From a virus (lineage: Duplodnaviria; Caudoviricetes): a DNA stretch of 64,000 bases. The stretch is from positions 1 through 64,000 of the IMG/VR virus record IMGVR_UViG_3300033074_001354; one strand, given 5' to 3'. Below are positions 56,521 through 64,000 of the stretch, in pieces; the stretch's first letter is position 1; every line of letters begins with the position of its first letter. A program made the position numbers and the translations under genes. The notes beneath the pieces were generated by a model. That model saw nothing but the letters and a program-made list of their open reading frames with translations. It searched no databases and was not told the origin of the DNA.

Positions 56521-59480
56521 GAAAGAATCATACTAGCGTTACTGCTAGCCTCCGTTATAGAAAGTGATGACACACCCTTGCTCTTTATTATATACATTAC
56601 TCTATCAGCATAAGATGATAGCTCTGGTGTATGAGAAATAACATATATGCATCTTTCATTAGCCATTGTCATTAATTCATGCGCTATTGTCTCTTCGCCA
56701 AGTTTGTCCAAAAATGAAAACAATTCGTCGAATATGACAATACCAAGGATGCCTTGCTTTACACCGTATCTCTCAGCAACCCATTTGTTCAGAGAAAGGC
56801 AAATGCTAAAGTCCAGTCTGCGCTTTTCTCCACCAGACAATGACTGATACTGGACTTGACGACCATCAAGACATATCTTCATGCCCATCTTATTACGCAT
56901 CTCACCAGATTTCAATTCTTTGCTGGGAGTAAGTTCCAGGGACATCTCTCCACCAGATACTGATGACAGCACTTCACCAACTATCTTGTTGAATCTATTG
57001 CAGAATCTATCAATAAGCATTGAACGAATGCCTTTTGTTGAAAAAGACTCCTTCCAAAATTCCATGTCACTTCTAGATGCCTCTATGCCAAATCTTCTTG
57101 ATGTCAACCGGGTAATTAGGGCCTCTGATTGCAACTTTTCTTCACACAATTTCTCTATTGTGCTAAGCAAAGATACTGATTTATCGCATGATTCTCTATA
57201 CTCTTTTTCACATCTGCTAATATCAGACTCGATCTGCCGTCGCTGCATATCTAACATTTTCTTTTGGTTCTCTATGTCAGACTTCTTCTTTTGCAAATCA
57301 TTTATCTGGTCTGATGTCGCAGATTTTGCTATACCTAAATCCTTTACAGCATTGCGATACTCTTCATTGATCTCATACGCCTCTTCTTTCTTCTTTTGCA
57401 ACGCAGATTCTAGATGTTTCTTTTTAGCAGTCTGCTCCGACAATGCAGCAACCACCTGTGACAAAGTCGTTTCCGCAGCAGACAGCGCTGTAGTATGCTC
57501 CAAACATAACACTTCTTTTGAAGATTCTGTTACTATAGACCCGCAGCTTGTGCATAGAACGTTCTCAGCTTTCGACCTAATGTCACCAAGATACTTCTTT
57601 TCTCGTGCTATAATTTGTTCATTGAACATCTTCTGAGAAGACCATGTGTTTATGACAGAGCTCACTTCACGAATCTTACTCTCGATAACAGTAACTTCAC
57701 CATTCAGATCTGCAGCAAGAGTTTTGAAGTGCTCCGTTATACTTTCCTCTTCATTGAGTAAATCCCTCAACGTATCTTGAAGCCTATGCCCTTCTGTATC
57801 AATATCAATAGAAGGGATTTCCATGCTCAACAGATCAGACTTTTGATTGCTATAGCACACTATAGCTTTCTGCAATTCTTCTTGCTTCGCATCAATTTCA
57901 GACAAGACTCTGTTATGAATTTCCAATTTAGATTCTATCAACCGTATATTATTATTTTCTTTTTCCTCTGTGCCAATTGATTCCTGGAGATCTGCTTCAA
58001 GTTGATGTATACGTTTATGACATGAATCGTATAGGACATCAAACATATCAAAGTCTAACAACTTGGTTACAAAATTGGTCTTATCTGAATCAGAAAATTG
58101 TGACAAGAGAGTAAGATTCTCCTGAGAAAAATAAGCACAAATAGTAAACAGTACTTCATCAAACCCAAGGATTTCCAAAAGAACGTTCTGTCTTTCACTT
58201 GCTAATCTACCAGCACATAGATCTTTTCCTGAGCCATCAACAATTGCTAGACCAAACTTTCTGGACCTGGTGACAATAAACAAATCCTCACCAGCTGTAA
58301 TAACTATTTCCACAGAACAGTCTTTAGCTCCGTGTTGAACAACATCATTTCCTGTAAGACCCTTGGACGTCTTGCCAAACAGGCACCAGTAAAGTGCCTC
58401 ACCAACGGCGGTGGTTTTACCAGATCCGTTACTATCAAACATGTCAGAAACGCCAATCACTAGGTTGACCCCAGTTTGATAGTCATATGACATATCAGAT
58501 ATAGACAAAAAATTCTTAATGTTAATGCTGTGCAAGAATCCATCAATTATGTTTCTTGCCTTTGAAGTGATCTGGTTTATACCTATCTCATTCAGTCGGG
58601 TCAGCAAAGATGCATCTTTGCCTTGTAAAGCCACCCATTCAGCTAGCATGCCTTCCAAAGAGTCTGCTTTTATTTTCTCTTCATAATACACTGGCTCTAC
58701 TATTTGAATAACATTCTCGGCAGGGTCAGCTTCCTCACCAATAACACGGTAGTAATCGTAATCATTTTTGATCTCTGCCCTTGTCGTTACCGTTTTAAAC
58801 TCTGGGTATCTCAGCTTGACGAATTCAGGCACTGTAGGATTCTGGCTATCAACCAGCCACAATCCGCGATCACCCTCATCACCAAAATTGAAATGCATAG
58901 GAGAACCTATGATCCAACAATTATCAGACAGTTGCTGCCTTTGATGTATATGGCCAAACAACACCAGCTTGTTATTAGCAGCCAATGTCTTCCAGTCATA
59001 TCCGTCAGAAAAGGTGTAATTATTTACTTTGCAGCCAGCAGGAGTGCGATGAGCTACAACTATATCGTAGCCTTTTATTTCAGAGTTAGGCTCGTCGTAG
59101 TGGAGAGTTTTGATCTTGCATAAATCAGTAGCATGCCCACGATCGAACATATGAACAGAACTATGATACCAGTCTGACTGCTGTCTAACAACAAGATCAT
59201 GGTTGCCTCTTGTTATCTGATAAGTAATTCCATGATCTTCTAATTTCCTGAAGAACCACATACCCCAATTGAGGCACTCAGTCGCAACCTCACCTGTTTT
59301 ATGGTAGAAATCGCCCCCAAACAAAACATGCTTTATATGTCTTTCTTTACATATTCCAATGATTTGCTCGAGAATATGTAACTGCTCTTTGAATCTTCGA
59401 GGCAACCCTGTCTCACGATCCCTCCCGAATTGCTTCCACATATGCAAATGAAGGTCAGAAAATATCAGAATATCGTGCAT
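56517..59480 (-). CDS. Fused SbcD(Mre11/gp47)-SbcC(Rad50/gp46) nuclease-ATPase
   Basis: SDLH, GGDFYH, GNHD, GHIH, then KNFLS, NGSGKTT, SQE, hook CTSC, LSGGEKRR, IFDE, VISH, all in one 987-aa ORF. Confidence 0.9.
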   Translation of the reverse strand: MHDILIFSDLHLHMWKQFGRDRETGLPRRFKEQLHILEQIIGICKERHIKHVLFGGDFYHKTGEVATECLNWGMWFFRKLEDHGITYQITRGNHDLVVRQQSDWYHSSVHMFDRGHATDLCKIKTLHYDEPNSEIKGYDIVVAHRTPAGCKVNNYTFSDGYDWKTLAANNKLVLFGHIHQRQQLSDNCWIIGSPMHFNFGDEGDRGLWLVDSQNPTVPEFVKLRYPEFKTVTTRAEIKNDYDYYRVIGEEADPAENVIQIVEPVYYEEKIKADSLEGMLAEWVALQGKDASLLTRLNEIGINQITSKARNIIDGFLHSINIKNFLSISDMSYDYQTGVNLVIGVSDMFDSNGSGKTTAVGEALYWCLFGKTSKGLTGNDVVQHGAKDCSVEIVITAGEDLFIVTRSRKFGLAIVDGSGKDLCAGRLASERQNVLLEILGFDEVLFTICAYFSQENLTLLSQFSDSDKTNFVTKLLDFDMFDVLYDSCHKRIHQLEADLQESIGTEEKENNNIRLIESKLEIHNRVLSEIDAKQEELQKAIVCYSNQKSDLLSMEIPSIDIDTEGHRLQDTLRDLLNEEESITEHFKTLAADLNGEVTVIESKIREVSSVINTWSSQKMFNEQIIAREKKYLGDIRSKAENVLCTSCGSIVTESSKEVLCLEHTTALSAAETTLSQVVAALSEQTAKKKHLESALQKKKEEAYEINEEYRNAVKDLGIAKSATSDQINDLQKKKSDIENQKKMLDMQRRQIESDISRCEKEYRESCDKSVSLLSTIEKLCEEKLQSEALITRLTSRRFGIEASRSDMEFWKESFSTKGIRSMLIDRFCNRFNKIVGEVLSSVSGGEMSLELTPSKELKSGEMRNKMGMKICLDGRQVQYQSLSGGEKRRLDFSICLSLNKWVAERYGVKQGILGIVIFDELFSFLDKLGEETIAHELMTMANERCIYVISHTPELSSYADRVMYIIKSKGVSSLSITEASSNASMILS

Positions 59481-59483
59481 TGT

Positions 59484-59696
59484 TTATACACCCATACATG
59501 GAGGAACAGCTAAACCACCAGGAGTTATTTGTAGATCAACACCGTATTTTTCTACTATTCTAGCATGACATTCTTTCTCTTGATAAGCTGTCCAACCTAA
59601 AGTCTCAGTTGGAGGTATACTATCTACTAGACTTGGCAGTATGCCAGGTACTACTGGCAGTTCAACACCTAAAAATCTTACGTAATCTATGCTCAT
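59484..59696 (-). CDS. Hypothetical protein
   Basis: ATGA-coupled ORF. Confidence 0.55.
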   Translation of the reverse strand: MSIDYVRFLGVELPVVPGILPSLVDSIPPTETLGWTAYQEKECHARIVEKYGVDLQITPGGLAVPPCMGV

Positions 59697-60520
59697 TCTT
59701 TATACCAATCAAATATACCCAAGTGTGACAAATCACGGTGTAAGTTTTTCCAAGAAGCATTCAATTTCAAACGCCCATCCTTCTTGTATGTTCGAAGTTT
59801 GAACCAATTTGGATACTTCTCCAACATATAATCATGACATTCTTTGTGCACTGTTTGGTAGAACATAGAACACCCATCATTCCCTGTAGAACCAACAGTT
59901 GTCTGCAATTTGCTATACGCAAAATCTGAAGTTAGGCATGCACGTTTACCAGCTAGCCATAACTTGAGATTCATCTCAGCATCCTCATTTAATGGAAGAT
60001 CAGCTGTATAATTACCTGCAGCAAGGACATCTTGCACGTTCAAAATGATGCAACTGACTGCCCAAGACTTAAACCAGAATTTTGGAATGTCACCAAACCG
60101 AAGATTAAAATGATGTATGAACCCAAGCATAGATATACGATTAGCTTTGCAGAGCATCATGGCTTTTTCCAGATGAGCTTTAGTCTTTATAGGATAATAC
60201 TTACTGTCATGATCTGCCTTGAACGACAGAGCATTGATGTCATCATCTAACATCCATATGTATTTGATCTGCTTCTTGGAAGCCCACTGGACAATGTAAT
60301 TTCGAGCAAACCCAATTCCCCTATCGTTATCAGGAAGTATCTCCACAGGAAGCCCCAGACTCATGTAAAGGTTTATATCCTGGGGCTCAACAAATACCGT
60401 GGCAGTATGTATTCCAAGATCTTTGAGAAGTTTAAAAGTCCGACCGTTAGGTCTTCCTTTTGAAGGAACACAGATCCAAGAATCTATACTCCACAGTTGG
60501 GTCTTATCTATGCCAATCAA
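59693..60520 (-). CDS. TAGT/GREB1-like GT-A glycosyltransferase (possible DNA base modification)
   Basis: CVPSKGRP, VFVEPQD..Y, RGIGFARNYI, WMLDDDI, NEDAEM..L; located among DNA metabolism genes. Confidence 0.65.
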   Translation of the reverse strand: MIGIDKTQLWSIDSWICVPSKGRPNGRTFKLLKDLGIHTATVFVEPQDINLYMSLGLPVEILPDNDRGIGFARNYIVQWASKKQIKYIWMLDDDINALSFKADHDSKYYPIKTKAHLEKAMMLCKANRISMLGFIHHFNLRFGDIPKFWFKSWAVSCIILNVQDVLAAGNYTADLPLNEDAEMNLKLWLAGKRACLTSDFAYSKLQTTVGSTGNDGCSMFYQTVHKECHDYMLEKYPNWFKLRTYKKDGRLKLNASWKNLHRDLSHLGIFDWYKE

Positions 60521-60996
60521 GAATCAACTCTACCAAAAACTGGTTTACCGTTATTTGCAACATCATATTTATGATGACATTTAGAGCATAGCTGCTGCCA
60601 GTCACTTCTATCCAAACTCTTATAATCATGTCTCTTGTTAGACCAATGGAACACTTTGCCATTTCCACTGCATGTATTTGATTCGCAATGATCAGCTTTG
60701 CCATACATCTTACGAATCCTACCATGCAATGTCTTATTTTTACTAGGAACACCAACAATCCACTTACGATGTCTTGGGCCACTTGTAGATCTACTAATGC
60801 TGGCTTTATGGCTATTTGTGAACACCAAACCTATCCTAGACATTTTAATATTAGCTTTATGCTCACTAGACAATGGCTTGCCACCGCGACAGCCAATCAA
60901 AGATTTCCGATGGCTGTCAGAAAGAGGCAAGCCAATATGAGACTTTCTCATTTTTGCTTTAGACTCTTCACTATGCTTAAACCCAAGCTTAGACAT
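60517..60996 (-). CDS. NUMOD3-HNH homing endonuclease
   Basis: KHSEESKAKMR and SSEHKANI repeats; HC..C...WSN...WQQLCSKCHHKYD. Confidence 0.8.
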   Translation of the reverse strand: MSKLGFKHSEESKAKMRKSHIGLPLSDSHRKSLIGCRGGKPLSSEHKANIKMSRIGLVFTNSHKASISRSTSGPRHRKWIVGVPSKNKTLHGRIRKMYGKADHCESNTCSGNGKVFHWSNKRHDYKSLDRSDWQQLCSKCHHKYDVANNGKPVFGRVDS

Positions 60997-61991
60997 TATA
61001 CACCAATATTATCATGCTGAACAACACAACTTGCGCTACAAGTTGGACAAAACGCAGTAGATTGCATTCTATCAGCAACAGACATCACATCATACCTATG
61101 ACCAGACAAAGTATCTCTAACCTCCCTGGTCATATCATCAAAAACATCAAACCATGTTAAAGTTTTTAGCTCAATCTTTTCTGCCCAAGATTTCCAAAAT
61201 TTACTTAAGAATGATTTACCATACTTGCTAGAAAATGCAACAGATAACTCTCGTATTGAACCAACAGCAACACCTTGTTTCTCTATCAACCAATCCAATA
61301 AATTGATTGAATCACGAAGCATGGTTTCATCATTTAGTACTTGAAGTCCTTCACGACCAACGAACCGCATTTGGCGAGTAAGTCCATTTGTGCATACTAG
61401 CCAATGTACACCAGGAGCAGCATCAACACGGCCATTAACTTTCACGAACATTCCTGGATCAAACAATTCTCCCTTGATATTCTGCTTACGATTACTGGTT
61501 GAAAGAAATTGCAATTCCATATGATCATCTCTTCCACCCATGTAAACACGACTGTAATTACGTGTAAAAATAGAATGATCAATTCCTTCAAGAAGTTTTG
61601 TAAATCCAACATCTTCACTGCCAGATTTTGTTCGTATCAAAACATCAAAAGGTTTTTTATCTTCGGATTCCACTTGAACAACATCAAACATGAACTCAGG
61701 CTTTACCTTTGACATCTCCCAATATTCTCGCATCAAAGATATTGCTCGAGCAACATTTGCATCTTTGACCAATTGTCTCCCTAGACTACCAATTGGCTTA
61801 AACAACTCCTTAACAGTATAAGGAACGGTAAAGCTTTCTCCCCCTTCTGTCGTGAGATCCAGAACACAATCAAACTTAGGATTCATTTCAGAAATTCTAT
61901 CAAGAACCTGATTACCGTCTAAAGTGATAGTTCTGGCAGTATCGAAAAACTGATCAATTGGGACATTATACCATTTTACTTTTGCTGACAT
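60996..61991 (-). CDS. DUF932-like protein
   Basis: WLVCTNGL motif; AAGGAG RBS. Confidence 0.5.
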   Translation of the reverse strand: MSAKVKWYNVPIDQFFDTARTITLDGNQVLDRISEMNPKFDCVLDLTTEGGESFTVPYTVKELFKPIGSLGRQLVKDANVARAISLMREYWEMSKVKPEFMFDVVQVESEDKKPFDVLIRTKSGSEDVGFTKLLEGIDHSIFTRNYSRVYMGGRDDHMELQFLSTSNRKQNIKGELFDPGMFVKVNGRVDAAPGVHWLVCTNGLTRQMRFVGREGLQVLNDETMLRDSINLLDWLIEKQGVAVGSIRELSVAFSSKYGKSFLSKFWKSWAEKIELKTLTWFDVFDDMTREVRDTLSGHRYDVMSVADRMQSTAFCPTCSASCVVQHDNIGV

Positions 61992-62024
61992 AATTTATCT
62001 CCTTAAAATTGAGGAACTCAACAG

Positions 62025-62048
62025 ATAGAAACTGTGATATACGTTGCA
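62025..62048 (-). promoter_or_regulatory. Candidate phage promoter TGCA-N12-GTTTCTAT
   Basis: Exact motif in the intergenic gap. Confidence 0.7.
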
Positions 62049-62049
62049 T

Positions 62050-62979
62050 CTAACCATGCATCTTAACAAATGGATCGCTCCAAACACCGTAGCTAGACGT
62101 TATGCTTACAAACCCATACTTCATCAACAATTGAAGCAACTTTGATCCATCAAAGACATACTCCCTAGAAAAAGCTTTATCAATTGCAGTAAGACATTCT
62201 TCCTGCGTTGCATCATCTATATTTCTAAGATCAACCAACTGTTTATTTCTTTCTATTACTGCTAAGTGATCAAAAATCTTAGCAGTTCTTTTAGACTTCA
62301 TCAATTCGTCTTTTCCTTCAGATATTGCTTTAGCTAATGTATCGTACTTTTGAAGAATCTGCGCTGCGGTTTTAGCTCCTATGCCAGGAACGCCAGATAT
62401 ATTGTCAGAGCCATCTCCTGTCAAACACTTAAAATCAACTATCTGGTCTGGTCTGATCCCATAATGGGCAACTACTTCATCTGCATCAAACAACTTTTCT
62501 CTAGTGGGAGAATAAACGGCCACACGGCCATCGTTCAACCCAACCATCTGCATATAGTCCATATCAGTGGATACCACAACAACAATTTCGTCTGTCATAG
62601 AATAAACAGAAGCCAAAACAAATATCAAATCATCTGCCTCAACTTTTGGCACCTTAATGACAGGTATACCAAGACAATCTAAGAATTGATCTAGTATATC
62701 CATCTGTTGATAGAGAACTTCTCTATGTAATTTTAATTGCTCGAATTCTTCAGATGTCAACTGACGTGTCTTATATTCTGGCGAGATAGACATGCGACGC
62801 TTACTTCTTCCACCGTCCCAAGTCATTATTACTTTTGAAGGGCATAATCCGTTTACCAAAGCACGAATCATACGCAAAGTACCGAAAACTCCAGAAACTC
62901 TTAAGCCATCTGGGGTCGTAAGATCAGTAGTAGCATCGCAACGATGTATGGCGTTATTGCCATCTAGTACTAGAATCAT
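62050..62979 (-). CDS. 5'-3' exonuclease / flap endonuclease (T4 RNase H / PolI N-terminus family)
   Basis: LDGNN, WDGG..RR....EYK, EADDL, STDMDY, GDGSDNISGVPGIGAKTA. Confidence 0.93.
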   Translation of the reverse strand: MILVLDGNNAIHRCDATTDLTTPDGLRVSGVFGTLRMIRALVNGLCPSKVIMTWDGGRSKRRMSISPEYKTRQLTSEEFEQLKLHREVLYQQMDILDQFLDCLGIPVIKVPKVEADDLIFVLASVYSMTDEIVVVVSTDMDYMQMVGLNDGRVAVYSPTREKLFDADEVVAHYGIRPDQIVDFKCLTGDGSDNISGVPGIGAKTAAQILQKYDTLAKAISEGKDELMKSKRTAKIFDHLAVIERNKQLVDLRNIDDATQEECLTAIDKAFSREYVFDGSKLLQLLMKYGFVSITSSYGVWSDPFVKMHG

Positions 62980-63239
62980 GAAGGAATGCCATCTAGTGTA
63001 ACTTGTATGAATTTAGAAAATTGTTCGAAAATTGCACGCTTCATCTGCTCATCAACATCTCTTTGCATGACCTTCTCTTGATACAGCACCGTATAATGCA
63101 CAGACAGCGTTAACAAAAGTTGAACAGAAGCACCAACCCTGTCTTGATCAGGCACTCCATTCTGCAATAAAAATTCCTGTATATCGCGAGACAAGGCAGC
63201 GTTCAATCCAGCAATATCATCAAGAGGCACTTGAGACAT
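62976..63239 (-). CDS. Hypothetical protein
   Basis: Coupled ORF. Confidence 0.55.
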   Translation of the reverse strand: MSQVPLDDIAGLNAALSRDIQEFLLQNGVPDQDRVGASVQLLLTLSVHYTVLYQEKVMQRDVDEQMKRAIFEQFSKFIQVTLDGIPS

Positions 63240-64000
63240 TAAATTTTCTCCAATATCTCAGGATGCTCTTTAGTAAACTCAACCCAGTCTTTTGCATAAA
63301 AGGAGATACCACCATCACCTTTTTTCCCATAATAGTAATAAGCACCATCTGGTTTGTTTATTATACCTTTATCCAAAGCAGCATGGAACAAGCTATCCAT
63401 GTAATCAATAACGCCACCGCTAGCTTCGTCAAACATAATTCTATATGAAGCAGTTCTAAACGGTGGTGCAACTTTGTTCTTAATCACATTAGCATTGAAA
63501 ATCATACCAATGCCTTGCTTGTCACCATCGCGCAGGACTTCTTGAGCCCTAAGTTCAATACGGACAGAAGCATAGAATTTTATGGCTCTTCCACCAAAAG
63601 TGGAATGACCACCATGTCCACCAATCTTGTCACGAATCTGGTTGATGAATATAAGGGTAACATTGCCGTTCTCCTTGTATTTGGACATCAACTTGCGCAT
63701 ACCTTGTGACAGAAGCTGAGCATGATGACCCATTGATGCGCCACCATATTCTCCATCCAATTCCCGCTTTGTACTAGTCGCAGCAACAGAATCCCAAACA
63801 ATGGTGCAAAGACGATCAGGAGTTTCTTCCATCATGCCTAAGATCATTTCAAATAGCTCGAACACTTCTTCAATTGTATCAGGAGAAGCGTAAATCAAAG
63901 TCTCTGGATCAATTCCCATCCTCTTTGCACGTTCAGGAGTAAAGGTAGCATTTTCAGGCTCAATAAGGACAGCTATGCCACCTTTCTTCTGCGTATCTGC
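63239..64000 (-). CDS. recA: RecA/UvsX-like recombinase (5' end outside the window)
   Basis: QKKGGIAVLIEPE, IVWDSVAA, IFINQIR, GGRAIKFYASVRI, KNKVAPPF; frame is open to 64000. Confidence 0.93.
   Translation of the reverse strand, partial: ADTQKKGGIAVLIEPENATFTPERAKRMGIDPETLIYASPDTIEEVFELFEMILGMMEETPDRLCTIVWDSVAATSTKRELDGEYGGASMGHHAQLLSQGMRKLMSKYKENGNVTLIFINQIRDKIGGHGGHSTFGGRAIKFYASVRIELRAQEVLRDGDKQGIGMIFNANVIKNKVAPPFRTASYRIMFDEASGGVIDYMDSLFHAALDKGIINKPDGAYYYYGKKGDGGISFYAKDWVEFTKEHPEILEKI

Noticed and set aside
56881-57636. 251-aa plus-strand ORF and other long antisense ORFs
   Set aside because: These are shadows of coiled-coil or acidic minus-strand genes.
1-64000. Stop-codon recoding, diversity-generating retroelement, retron, integrase or cas genes
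   Set aside because: Long genes read through in the standard code and end in TAA, TAG or TGA. I recognised no reverse transcriptase, template/variable repeat pair, recombinase or Cas motifs.

Overview
This window is a segment of a large tailed bacteriophage with T4-like head genes. Nearly all genes are on the minus strand and use the standard code. Reading in the direction of transcription (right to left): (1) a recombination/replication block with RecA-like, 5'-3' exonuclease, DUF932-like, HNH, a TAGT-like glycosyltransferase, a single-chain SbcD-SbcC fusion, NinG-like and GroES-like genes; (2) an intein-containing large terminase and a phage sigma factor; (3) tRNAs and an RNA-repair/translation block (Rnl1, Pnk, Thg1, MazG-like, peptide deformylase, phosphoesterases); (4) a dense array of small hypothetical genes; (5) portal, head, protease-scaffold and major capsid genes; (6) neck and tail-associated genes; (7) an 8-kb glycan-building cluster ending in a protein with a tract of about 340 or more residues that are almost all serine. 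The most unusual signals are a candidate virion glycosylation/sulfation system, two paralogous arrays of tRNA-framed non-coding RNAs with unrelated inserts, a recurrent TGCA-N12-GTTTCTAT promoter motif, and polyprotein-like head proteins studded with protease-type xxE sites. All protein family calls come from motifs recognised by eye, not from database searches.
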